A stretch of 64,000 bases of DNA from an uncultured Actinomycetes bacterium (GTDB lineage: Bacteria; Actinomycetota; Thermoleophilia; RBG-16-64-13): NCBI GenBank assembly GCA_963829545.1, contig CAWHIX010000006.1:65097-129096 (forward strand). Direction: 5' to 3'. Made by a program: the position numbers and the translations under genes. Positions 51,857-62,370 of the stretch are shown piece after piece. How positions within the stretch are numbered: position 1 is the stretch's first letter; the number at the start of each line of letters is the position of its first letter. Below the pieces are notes generated by a model, which made no database searches, had not been told where the DNA came from, and saw only the letters and a list, made by a program, of their open reading frames with translations.

Positions 51857-53002
51857 ATGAGCGATAGCAATTTGGTGCCCCTACCTCTGCCGACCTTCGC
51901 CGGTGGGACGAAGGCCATCACCACAACGCCGATCGTCGGCACACCGCGACGAGAGTATGCCGACGTGTTCGTTCCGGGCGATGAGCCGCTTGAGGACGGC
52001 GAACTGCGCGTAACGGTACTCGGCAGCGGGAACCCCTGGGCGACGCGCGCTCAGGCCTCGGCTTCCATCCTCGTCGAGGTCGGCAATCCCGAGCGCGACC
52101 TTCTCATCTTCGACCTAGGCACCGGCTCCCTCGCCAACTACGCGAGCCTGAAGCTGCCGGTCAACCTGCTCGACAAGGTGTTCTTGACCCACCTGCATGC
52201 CGACCACACGGCCGACATCATCACGCTCTCCGGCAGCTACTCGAAGGTGGGACGGGCGGACGGCCCCGTCAAGGTCTGGGGTCCCAGCGGCACCGAGCCC
52301 CGTCTCGGCACGCGGCACTTCTGCGAGGGGATCGAGATGGCGCTCGCCTGGGACACTGAGGCCGGGAAGGGCCCGATCAACGAGGACAGCATGAGGATCG
52401 TGGCGCACGAATTCGACTGGAGCCAGACCGGGCTCGTGTACGAGGCGAACGGCGTCAGCGTGACGTCCTTTCCGGTCGTCCACGCTCTGAGCGGCGCCGT
52501 CGGCTACCGCCTCGACTTCGCGGGGCTGTCGTTCGCCTACTCGGGCGACACCTGCGCGGCTTGGCCGCTGGTGCGCGCCAACGAAGGTGGCGTCGACCTG
52601 CTCATCCATGAGTGCTTCCCGCCCGCCGCGGCACTGGCGGCGGCTTCGGGTCTCTCGATCGAGCGGGCGACGATGGCGCTCAACGCCGCGCATACCTCGC
52701 CCAAGGCTGCGGGCAAGGTGTTCAGCCTCGTGAAGCCGCGAGTGGCGGGTCTGTGGCACACGCTGCTTTCGCCCGTGGTCATCCCAATGATCCACGAGGA
52801 ACTGCGCACGGTCTATGACGGACCCGTGGTGCAGACTCAGGACCTGACCGTGTTCAACGTGACCAAGGAAGCCGTGGTCGCGCGTCAGGCTCAGGTCATG
52901 GACCAGCTGCCCCCGACCCCGGGGGTACAGCGCGTGGCGTTCGTTCCCGCGCTGCCGACTCCTCCCGAGTGGTGGGCCGAGGCCCGTATTCCGCTCGAGT
53001 GA
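51857..53002 (+). CDS. MBL-fold metallo-hydrolase (RNase Z/ElaC-like beta-lactamase fold)
   Basis: LRVTVLGSGNP...FLTHLHADHTADI (HxHxDH)...GLWHT. Confidence 0.8.
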   Translation: MSDSNLVPLPLPTFAGGTKAITTTPIVGTPRREYADVFVPGDEPLEDGELRVTVLGSGNPWATRAQASASILVEVGNPERDLLIFDLGTGSLANYASLKLPVNLLDKVFLTHLHADHTADIITLSGSYSKVGRADGPVKVWGPSGTEPRLGTRHFCEGIEMALAWDTEAGKGPINEDSMRIVAHEFDWSQTGLVYEANGVSVTSFPVVHALSGAVGYRLDFAGLSFAYSGDTCAAWPLVRANEGGVDLLIHECFPPAAALAAASGLSIERATMALNAAHTSPKAAGKVFSLVKPRVAGLWHTLLSPVVIPMIHEELRTVYDGPVVQTQDLTVFNVTKEAVVARQAQVMDQLPPTPGVQRVAFVPALPTPPEWWAEARIPLE

Positions 53003-53141
53003 CCACTTAGCGACCGCGAGGATAATCGGGCCGGCCGCGAAGGCCCATTGCCGCTCTTGGAGGAGCCCCGAACCGGGGCTCCTTCTGCGAGAACGCGGCG
53101 GGGCTGGCCATCCGCCCAGGCCGCGTGGGAGAATCGGCGAT

Positions 53142-55851
53142 ATGAAGACGACCAGCCGTATCCTGCGCGCCAAACTACGCCCTCCCCGCCTGGGGCCGGA
53201 TCGACTGGAGCGGCCGCGGCTCCTCGCCCAGTTGGACCGGGGGCTCTTAGGGCAGTGCATCCTGGTCTGCGCTCCAGCCGGCTACGGCAAGACCACGCTG
53301 CTAGCGCAGTGGATCGAGCGCACGGAGTTGCCGGCGGCGTGGCTCTCGCTCGACGACGGCGACGATGAGCCCGCCCTCTTTCTGGAGGAGTTGGTGGAGG
53401 CGTTGGGGTCGGCCGTCCCCGGCTGCTGTCGCGGCACTCGTTCGACCCTTGCCCGAGCAGCGCTGCCCCCGCTCGACGTGCTGAGCCGGCAGCTGGCGAA
53501 CGACATGGACGACCTCGACGAGTTTATCCTGGTGCTGGACGACTGCCAGAAGCTGCAAGACCCAGCGCACCCTCGAGATCCTTCGCCGCCTGCTCTTTCA
53601 GCCGCCGCGCTCCCTGCATCTGGTGCTGTCCTGCCGGGCGGATCCGCGCATACCCGTGGGCGCCCTACGGGGGCGAGGACTGCTGCTCGAGTTGCGGGCG
53701 GCCGATCTGCGCTTCAGCGAGCAGGAGGCGGTCCAGTACCTGGAGCAGACGCTGGGGCCGTCTCTGGACCGGAGCCATGTGACGTTGCTCCTGGAACGAA
53801 CGGAGGGATGGATCACTGGTCTGCATTTGGCCGTACTGTCGCTTCAGGGCCGTTCGGACGTGGAGCAAGGCATCCACGAGTTTGCGGGCAGCGATCGCTA
53901 CATCGCCGACTACCTCCTGGAGGAACTGCTGGCTCGCCTGGATCCCGCGATGCAAGAGTACCTTCAGGCCACCTCCATCCTGGAACGCCTCTATGCCCCG
54001 CTGTGTCGGGCGGTCACGGACGAGATGTCGCTGGAGGTCGTAGAGGGAGAGCCGGCGCTGGAATGGCTGGAGGAAGCCAACCTCTTCGTGGTCTCCCTGG
54101 ACGAGCAGCGCGAGTGGTTCCGCTACCACCACCTCTTCCGGGATCTTCTCCGTTACCGACTCCTGGCGAGCCGGCCCCCGGAACAGGTGGCCGCCCTGCA
54201 CGTCCGTGCGGGCGGGTGGCTCGGAGCCAACCAGCAGGTGGAGAGCGCAATCGACCACTTGCTCAAAGCCGGAAGGCCGGATCTAGCGGCGGACATGGTG
54301 GGCGAACACCGCCGAGAGGCCCTCGACCGGGAGCGCTGGCGGGCGCTCGAGCGGTGGGTGCACCGGCTGGGCGAGGATGTGGTCCACTCCCGTCCGTCTC
54401 TGGTGCTGATCTACGCCTGGCTGGCCCACCAAAGGATGGACTGGGCGGACATGCTTCGTCATTGCGACCGGGCCCAGGAACTGCTCGACTTTCCTGAGGA
54501 GTCCCTCCCCGACGAGGCGAGCCTGAGGGGAGAGATCGCCGCCATGCGTGCGGAGGTCAGTTACTGGCGGGGGGAGGGCGACGCCGCCCTGTCTCAGGCC
54601 CGCCAAGCGCTGGCCCTGCTTCCGGCCGACCACCGCTTGCCCCGGGCTATGGCCACCGTGATCGAGGGCGGCGCTCTGCAGCTGAGCGGGGACATCCCGG
54701 AAGCCTTCCAGGTCCTCCGCCAAGGCGCCTTCGGGGAGTACGGGAAGGGCATTCACCCTCGGACTACCATCGCACTAGCCCTTCTGGCCTTCATGGTCGG
54801 CGACGTGGCTCAAGCGGCTCAGGCGGCAAGACTGCTGCTCTCCCAGGCCCGCGAGCTGGGTGTGGGGGAGAGCGAGGGCTGGGCCCTCTACCTCCAAGGG
54901 CTGGCCGCCTACCTTGGCAACGATCTCTCCGCGGCCGAGGAGAAGTTCCAGGCCGTGGATCCTTACACCTCCCACGTGCTGCTGGGCAAGCAGTCCTGCT
55001 ACGGGCTGGCCTGGGTGCGGCTGGCTCAGGGGCGAGCACATGAGGCGCTCGAGGTGATGGACCGGTTCATGGTGGTGGCATCCGACCTCAACCTCCCGGT
55101 GGGAACCGAGGTCCAGCTGCTACGCGCCCGCCTGGCCAGACTGTCCGGCCGGCCCGTGGCCGCTGCGGGCTTGGCTCGGAGCCTCCTGCCGCCAGCGGGT
55201 GAGGGACCCCTGGGGTTGGCCGTCTGCTACGAGCTCAGCCCCCTCAGCGCCATCGCCCTCCTGCTGCTGGAGGGCGACGAGGATGACCTGCCGGCGTGTG
55301 CGGCGGGGCTGCGGCGTCTGCTGGCGGTCGCCGAGAGGAGTGGCAACGTCTTCCGCTCCGTCCAGTGCCTCATCCTGGAGGCTCTGCTGTTGGACTTGGA
55401 GGGCCGCAATGCCGAGGCGCTGGCGGCGCTGGGCAGGGCGGTGACGCTGGCCCAGCCCGGCCGTCTTATCCGCCTGTTTCCTGAGATGGGTGGCCGGGTA
55501 CGGCCGCTCCTTGTCGCCCTCCGCCTGCGAGGGCGCGTCGACGCCTTCGTGGACGAACTGATCACCTCGTTCACGGGGGAGGAATCCCCATCCGGCGCCA
55601 CTCCCGGCCCCCATCCGGTGATTTCCGGCCAGGAAGACTTGATCGACGTCCTGCTGACCAACCGCGAACTCGCTGTGCTCGAACTGCTGGAAGAACGGCT
55701 GAGCAACAAGGAGATCGCCCGGCGGTTGGTCATATCTCCGGCAACCGTCAAACGCCACACCCTCAGTATCTACCGCAAGCTCGGCGTTTCAAGCCGCCGC
55801 GACGCGGTGGCGAAGGCCAGGCACCTAAGGATGCTTTCGACCTCGCGGTAG
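53142..55851 (+). CDS. LAL/MalT-type large ATP-dependent LuxR-family transcriptional regulator (NTPase + TPR-like + C-terminal HTH); one frameshift near 53558-53570
   Basis: ORF 53142..54497 carries the N-terminus (ILRAKLRPPRLGPDRLERPRLL...CAPAGYGKTTLLAQW...FILVLDDCQKLQDPA). The frame then switches to ORF 53623..55851 (QRTLEILRRLLFQPPRSLHLVLSCRADPRIP...TEGWITGLHLAVLSL...LTNRELAVLELLEERLSNKEIARRLVISPATVKRHTLSIYRKLGV). Confidence 0.8.
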
Positions 55852-55893
55852 TACACCGACTCGTCGGTCGCGCCTGTCCGGACCGTATCCATC

Positions 55894-55985
55894 TTTGCAC
55901 CTGTGTTGCTCCTTCGTGGTGCTATCCCGGCCTGCTCTTCTGTTCTAGTCTGGGATGAGACCGTCGGACGGACAGGGGACCAGCG
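55894..55985 (+). promoter_or_regulatory. Copy 2 of the conserved noncoding element, 35 nt after the LAL regulator stop and ending 1-2 nt before the ATG of the next gene
   Basis: TTTGCACCTGTGTTGCTCCTTCGTGGTGCTATCCCGGCCTGCTCTTCTGTTCTAGTCTGGGATGAGACCGTCGGACGGACAGGGGACCAGCGA. Confidence 0.55.
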
Positions 55986-55986
55986 A

Positions 55987-56295
55987 ATGACACTAACCGA
56001 CCCACCCGATGCCTCCCGCGACATGCCGACCCTCTACGAGATCCGGGTCTGCGGATCCTTCGACCAGAAGTGGTGTGGCCTTGTGGAAGGGATGACCCTG
56101 GAGGTCGTCCACGACGAAGCTCTGCCGGTGACGGTGATCCGTGCGGTCGTGCAGGACCAGGCCGAACTGGCCGGCCTGTTGGATGCGCTGTTCGGTCTGA
56201 ACGCCAGGGTGCTCTCGGTGACGGCCCTGGAGACGGCGCAGGCGTCGAAGACTCGCCGCGGGCTTGCGTCGCCGACTCGGGAACTGACGGAGTAA
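55987..56295 (+). CDS. Small conserved-looking protein of unknown function (~102 aa)
   Basis: MTLTDPPDASRDMPTLYEIRVCGSFDQKWCGLVEGMTLEVVHDEALPVTVIRAVVQDQAELAGLLDALFGLNARVLSV; the alpha/beta pattern suggests a small ferredoxin-like or ACT-like fold. No confident family. Confidence 0.5.
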   Translation: MTLTDPPDASRDMPTLYEIRVCGSFDQKWCGLVEGMTLEVVHDEALPVTVIRAVVQDQAELAGLLDALFGLNARVLSVTALETAQASKTRRGLASPTRELTE

Positions 56296-56306
56296 GAGAG
56301 GACGCC

Positions 56307-57086
56307 ATGACGTCAACGCCTTCGACCGGCTTCGTGGCCCAAGAGAGTCGCGCGGCGACGAGCCCGCGCGCGGGCGCCATCGCCGGCCTGCTGTTCGCGA
56401 TCCTGTTCGCGGTGAGCGTCACCCTCATCCGCCTGGCTGCGTCGGGGGCGGCCGACGAGGCCGGCGACTGGCTGGGAGACAAGGCCGGGTGGGTCTCGTT
56501 CGCGCTCGGACTCATGCCCTTTGCGGGCATGTTCTTCCTCTGGTTCATCGCGGTCGTACGTACTCGTCTGGGTCGCTTCGAAGACCAGTTCTTCGCCACC
56601 GTCTTTCTGGGCAGCGGGCTGATATTCCTGGCGATGGTGTTCGTGGCTGCGGGCGTTGCAGGCGGTATGGCCGTCAGCTACAGTCGCGCCCCTGCCGAGT
56701 TCGTCGAGAGCCCTTCGTACTACTTCGCCCGCGACGTGGTCATGCAGATCTTCGTGGTCTATGCGATGCGCATGGCCGCCATCTTCATCTTCTCCCAGGC
56801 CGCCTTGTGGCTGCGGACGAAGGTCATGCCGCGGTGGATGGCTTTCCTTAGTTTCGTCGTAGGATTCGTGCTATTGGTCGTGATACAGCAGTCGCTTTGG
56901 ATCATCCTTCTCTTCCCAGCGTGGGTCTTCCTCGTGAGCCTGTATATATTGATCATGAGCTTCACTCGCCGGCGGGCGGGGAGCGCGGACGGTATGACGC
57001 CGGCGACAGGCCTACCGGCGACCGGCGCACCGACCGCGGAGGTGTCGGTGTCGGCGTCGAGTCCTTCGGCCGGGCCGACGACATGA
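56307..57086 (+). CDS. Polytopic membrane protein of unknown function (6 predicted TM helices)
   Basis: MTSTPSTGF...AIAGLLFAILFAVSVTLIRL...FFLWFIAVVRTRLGRFEDQFFATVFLGSGLIFLAMVFVAAG... Confidence 0.6.
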   Translation: MTSTPSTGFVAQESRAATSPRAGAIAGLLFAILFAVSVTLIRLAASGAADEAGDWLGDKAGWVSFALGLMPFAGMFFLWFIAVVRTRLGRFEDQFFATVFLGSGLIFLAMVFVAAGVAGGMAVSYSRAPAEFVESPSYYFARDVVMQIFVVYAMRMAAIFIFSQAALWLRTKVMPRWMAFLSFVVGFVLLVVIQQSLWIILLFPAWVFLVSLYILIMSFTRRRAGSADGMTPATGLPATGAPTAEVSVSASSPSAGPTT

Positions 57087-57144
57087 TGCCGCGGCGTGTG
57101 GCTCGGCCGCCGTTCATGGGCTGACCAGCAAGAGTGGGTGCCGA

Positions 57145-57172
57145 TGTTTACCTAGCGAGTAGAGTGTAAACA
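57145..57172. promoter_or_regulatory. Inverted repeat TGTTTAC-N14-GTAAACA (operator-like) upstream of the DUF1269-sulfatase gene
   Basis: ccgaTGTTTACctagcgagtagagtGTAAACAcatc is AT-richer than its surroundings; TTGACA occurs about 115 nt downstream and RBS aagggaagg precedes GTG 57343. Confidence 0.35.
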
Positions 57173-57342
57173 CATCAACTTGGAAGCAACGTAGGGACAG
57201 AGGGTAGGAAGGGAGAGCCTGACAGAAATCGGGTCCTGCTGAGACCGCAGGCGCGCTGCTGGCGCCGTCGACGTGCTCATCTGGGTGTTGACAGGCACGT
57301 CGTGGATCGAAAAGAGCCGCTGACAACTAAGGGAAGGTTAAC

Positions 57343-60250
57343 GTGAGCAAGGAAGATAAGAACGTTGTCATCGTGGCCGCTTACATGGGAACCGAGCCGG
57401 CCAAGAAGAACTTCGACCAACTCACGCAGTTGGTGAAGGATAAGAAGGTCAAGAGCGACGGTATCATTTTGGTCGAGAAGGACAAGGACGGCCAGTTGCT
57501 CGTCAGCGAGACCGGCGACCATCTCGGCCGCAAGGGGGCGGAATGGGGCGGCGGGGTCGGCCTGCTGGTCGGTCTCTTTGCGCCGCCACTGCTGGCTGCG
57601 ACCGCCGTGGGCGCTGCAGCCGGTGCGCTGGTCGGCAAGTTCGCCAAGCACAAGATCGTGGACGGTATCGAGGGCGGGTTGGGTCAGAATCTCAAGCCGG
57701 GCCAGGCCGCGATACTCACCATCGTCGAGGAAAAGGATCGCCTCGCCGCAGAACAGGCGTTGGTCGACTCACCGGCCAAGTCGGTGGCGGTCATGGAAGA
57801 AGGCGGCGCCGAGGGCCTCAAGGCGGCCCTGAACGAGGCTCGCGGGAAGTTCAATCCCGATCGCACCGTGCTGCCGATACCCGACAAGACCTTCGGCGGG
57901 GCGGTCGCCCGCACGATGGACCGGGCAGTCGCGGACTGGAGCTTCATCCCCGGTCCGAAGGCTCCCGAGAGCGCACCCAACGTCCTGATCGTGCTCGTCG
58001 ACGACGCCGGTTTCGGCGGACCGGAACCTTTCGGCGGCGAGATCCACACCCCCACGCTGGAGCGTATCGGTCAGATGGGCCTGACCTACAACGCCTTCCA
58101 CGTGACGGCTGTGTGCTCTCCTACCCGCGCGGCGCTGCTCACCGGGCGCAACCATCACCGCGTCGGCATGGGCGGCATCGCCGAGTTTCCGGGACCGTTC
58201 CCCGGCTACACGGGCGTGCGGCCGCGCAGTTGCACGGGGCTGCCCCGCATCTTGAAGGAGAACGGCTACGTCACCGCCGGCTTCGGCAAGTGGCACATGA
58301 CGCCTGGCCGCGAGATGGGACCGGCCGGCCCCTTGAGCACTGGCCGCAGGCCTGGGGCTTCGACCACTGGTGGGGCTTCCTTACCGGCGCGGCTGGCCAG
58401 TACGACCCGGTCATCACCCAGGACAACTCGGTGCTCGGCGTCCCCGAGGGCAAGGACGGGAAGCTCTACTACTTGCCCGACGACATCACCGACAAGACTA
58501 TCGAGTGGCTGCACGCCGTCCGCGCGCACGACGCTCACAAGCCGTGGTTCGTCTACTACTCCACGGGCGCGACCCATGCGCCGCATCATGTCGCCAAGGA
58601 GTGGGCCGACAAATACAAGGGCCAGTTCGACGACGGCTGGGACAAGTACCGCGAGCGGACCCTTGAGCGCCAGAAGAAGCTCGGCATCGTGCCGCCGGAT
58701 ACTGAGTTGGCAGCCCGACCCGACCCGTACCCGGCCTGGGATACCCTCAGCGACGCGGAAAAGAAACTGTACGCCCGCCAGATGGAAGTCTTCGCCGGCT
58801 TCTCAGAGAATACCGACTGGAACGTCGGCCGGCTGATCGACGAGATCGAGGAGATGGGCGAACTGGACAACACGCTCATCATGTATATCTGGGGTGACAA
58901 CGGCGCGAGCATGGAGGGTACGACCACCGGTTCCTTCAACGAGACGACCTTCTTCAATGGTGTCGTGCTGAACGCCGAGCAGCAATTAGCGCTGATCGAG
59001 AAATTCGGCGGCATCGAAGAACTCGGCGGCGAGCACACCGCCCCGCACTTTGCCGCGGCCTGGGCACATGCCAACAACACCCCCTTCCAATGGGGCAAGC
59101 AGATGGCCAGCCACCTTGGCGGCACGCGCGATCCGATGGTCGTCGCTTGGCCGAGCCGCATCAAGCCTGACAGCCAGGTCCGCAGCCAGTTCACCCACTG
59201 CATCGACATCGCCCCGACCATCCTGGAAGCCATCGGCGTTCCCGAACCGAAGGTGGTCGACGGCATCGAGCAGGAGCCCATGGACGGCACCAGCTTCTCC
59301 TACACGTTCGAAGATCCAGGTGCCGCGGCGCGCCACACCGTGCAGTACTTCGAGATGTACGGCAGTCGCGCCATCTATAAGGAAGGCTGGTGGGCCTGCT
59401 CGCGGCTCGACAAGCTGCCGTGGGACTTCTCGCCGGCGACGCTCAGTCGCTTCGCGCCGGGCAGCGGGTATGACCCCGACCAGGATACGTGGGAGCTCTA
59501 TTACCTCCCGGACGACTTCAGCCAGGCCAAGAACCTGGCGGTCGAAAAGCCTGAGAAGCTGGCCGAACTCAAGGAGCTCTTCTGGCAGGAGGCGGAGCGC
59601 AACCGGGCGCTGCCGCTACTCGGCGGAATGGCGGTGTTCTTCGGCATCCTGCCGCCGATGCCGACGGTCACGCGCCACAGCTTCGCCGGCGATGTTCAGA
59701 ATGTGTCGACCACGGTGATCCCCCGCATCTACGGGCGATCCTACGCGATCGAAGCCGAACTCGAAGTCCCGGAAGGCGGGGCCGAGGGCGTGCTGTGCGC
59801 CTTCGCCGACTTCATCGGCGGGTTCTCGCTATGGGTTGACGAGAAGGGCCACCTCATCCACACCTACCAGTTCCTCGGCGTGGACACCTACAAGCAGGTC
59901 TCGACCGAGCCGATCCCGACCGGCGATGTGACCGTGAAGATGCTGTTCGAGATCGACGAGCCCAAACCGGGGGCCGGTGGAAAAGTGACCCTGTGGGCCA
60001 ACGACAAGCAGATCGGCGAAGGCACGATGCCCCACTCCGTGGCGATGCTCTTCACGACCTATGCCGGTATGGACATGGGCCGCGACAACGGTGGCGTGGT
60101 CGACCTGGATACGAGGACAAGGCGCCGTACGCCTTCACCGGCAAGCTGAAGAAGGTCGTCTTCGATCTCAAACCCGCTCACCTGGAAGCGGAGCAGGGTC
60201 TGCATCAGCACGCGATGGTCAACGCGGTGGCCGCAGGTGCTGCCGGCTGA
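57343..60250 (+). CDS. DUF1269 membrane domain fused in-frame to a Cys-type arylsulfatase (CSPTR formylglycine motif); two single-nt frameshifts (about 58320 and 60095)
   Basis: ORF 57343..58836 carries DUF1269-like KNVVIVAAYMGTEPAKKNFDQL...GGGVGLLVGLFAPPLLAATAVGAAAGALVGKF...LKPGQAAILTIVEE, then APNVLIVLVDDAGFGGPEPFGG...AVCSPTRAALLTGRNHHRVGMG...GKWH. ORF 57543..60149 continues the sulfatase in another frame (PQAWGFDHWWGF...). The C-terminus YEDKAPYAFTGKLKKVVFDLKP is in ORF 59993..60250. Confidence 0.8.
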
Positions 60251-60265
60251 TTCTTGTACCGCGTC

Positions 60266-60306
60266 GGGAGGTCTCGCCGCCGCGCAAAGCGGCGCCGAGA
60301 CCTCCC
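60266..60306 (+). terminator. Long GC-rich hairpin GGGAGGTCTCGCCGCCGCGC-AAA-GCGGCGCCGAGACCTCCC then AGCUUGUUGG; intrinsic terminator after the sulfatase
   Basis: Read directly from sequence, 16 nt after the stop at 60250. Confidence 0.55.
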
Positions 60307-60522
60307 AGCTTGTTGGCGAGTTCAGATGGATGCCGACTGGCCTCGGGACTGTTGAGCAGACGCTAAGGTCTCACTGGGAAAGTGCCCGAGCGTTGCTGGT
60401 GTGTCGCTGGGGATCCGCCGTCTGGATAGGAGAGGAGTCGCGTGGCGACAATGACCTTCAAGGATGGAACACCATTGAAGGGCGTCATCAGACGCGCCAC
60501 CGAGGAGTCGCCGCCGCCTGGC

Positions 60523-60557
60523 GTGGATGACACGGGGCTTTGCCCCGTGTCATCCAC
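60523..60557 (+). promoter_or_regulatory. 16-bp perfect inverted repeat GTGGATGACACGGGGC-TTT-GCCCCGTGTCATCCAC in the leader of the second SulP gene
   Basis: Read directly from sequence; about 65 nt upstream of ATG 60621 (RBS gggagg). Confidence 0.4.
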
Positions 60558-60620
60558 ATCACGTTCGTGGCCCGCTGTCCTGGGGGCCGACAGAAAGGCG
60601 TCTTTGGGAGGAACCACCGA

Positions 60621-62370
60621 ATGAGCGAGCCGAGTAGAACAAGCACCGGGGAAAAGGGGCGCTCCGGCGGCATTGCCCGCTACGTCCCCATCCTTTCGTG
60701 GTTGCCCAGCGTACGACCGGAAGTGGCTCGGCGCCGATGCCATCGCGGGGCTGACCGCTTGGGGCCTTCTGGCCCCGGAGGCCATGGCCTACGCGGGCAT
60801 CGCCGGTCTTCCACCGGAGACCGGGCTGTACGCCCTGGTTGCGTCCCTCTTGGTCTACGCCCTGCTCGGCAGCTCGCGCCACCTGTCGGTCCAACCGACT
60901 TCGGCGACCGCCGCTCTTATCGCCTCGACTGTGGTCGCGCTGGGTGTCGCTGCAAGCGACATGGCGACCTACCAGTCGTACGCGATCATGCTGGTGTTGC
61001 TCGTGGGGGTAGGCTTCGTCATCGCCGGCTTTGCGCGCCTGGGCTTCATCACGCAGTTCCTCTCCAAGCCGGTGATGGATGGGTTCGTCACGGCCCTGGC
61101 TTTCTTCATCGCCATCGGACAACTCAACAAGCTTTTCGGCGTCGAGAAGGGAGAGGGCAACAGCTTCCAGAAGCTCTTCAGCGTCATCGAAAGCCTTCCG
61201 GAGGCCAATTGGACCACGTTCGCGGTCGGGGCTTCGGCGCTGGCGCTGCTCTTCCTTCTTCCCCGCCTGAGCAGGCGCATCCCGGCCGGACTCGTCGTGC
61301 TCTTCCTCTACATCCTTGTCAGCTACCTGCTCGATCTGAGCGGCCGTTTCGGCGTGGAGGTGGTCGGCGAACTGCCGCAGGGGCTTCCCTCCCTCACGTT
61401 TCCTGATGTGCCGGCGTCCGAGATACTGAAGATGGTGCTCCCGGCCATCGGCATCGTCCTTGTCGCCTACAGCGAAGCCCTCGGGGTGGCCCGGGAGTTC
61501 GCGGAGAAGCACGGCTACGAGGTCGACCCCAACCAGGAACTGCGTGCCCACGGGATAGCCAACCTGGCGAGTGGCTTCTTCGGTGGGCTGCTGGTTGCGG
61601 GAAGCATGTCCGGGTCGGCGGTGAAAGAGGGGGCGGGAGCCCGTACCCAGGTCTCCAGCCTGGTGGCCTGGGTGGCCGTCATCATCACCGTTCTCGTCCT
61701 CACTCCCCTCTTCAAGACCTTGCCGGAGGCTGTGCTCGCCGCACTGATCATCCACGCCGTGTGGCATATCATCGTGGCCCGCAAGCTCAAACAGGTGCGA
61801 CTCGTATCGCGTCCGGAGTTCCTCCTCGGAGTCCTCACCTTCTTCGCCTTGCTCCTCACCGACGTTCTCCAGGGCATGATGGTAGGCCTCATCGCCTCCC
61901 TCATCTGGTTCATCTACAAGGCCACCAAGCCCCATCTGGCATCTCTGGGTCGCGTTGTTGGCGCCAAGGATGTCTTCTCCGATATCACCCGTCATCCCGA
62001 AGACACGCCGGTGCCGGGGCTGCTGATCCTCCGCCTCAACGCCCCGCTGTTCTACGCCAATGCACAGAGCGTGCGCGACCAAGTCAAGACCCTGGTGGAC
62101 CACACCGATCCCTCGCCACGCGCGGTGCTCTTCGACGCGGTGGCCCAGGACGACCTGGACGTGACCAGCGCGGACACCCTGAGGAAGCTGTTCGCAGAAC
62201 TGCAGCAGCGCGGGATCGACATCTACCTGGCTGAAGTCCACGCACCGGTGCGTGAGTTCGCACGCCGTGTCGGTCTCTCGGATATGATTGCCGAGGACCA
62301 CATATTCCCCACCGTCCCCTTAGCCGTCGCGGCATTCGAGTCCCAACGAAAGGAGTCAGACTATGTTTGA
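60621..62370 (+). CDS. Second SulP-family transporter with STAS domain; N-terminal about 30 codons in a different frame (frameshift near 60710)
   Basis: N-terminus MSEPSRTSTGEKGRSGGIARYVPILSWLPSV (frame of ORF 60540..61406), then the body in ORF 60673..62370 (YDRKWLGADAIAGLTAWGLLAPEAMAYAGIAGLPPETGLYA...). Confidence 0.8.
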
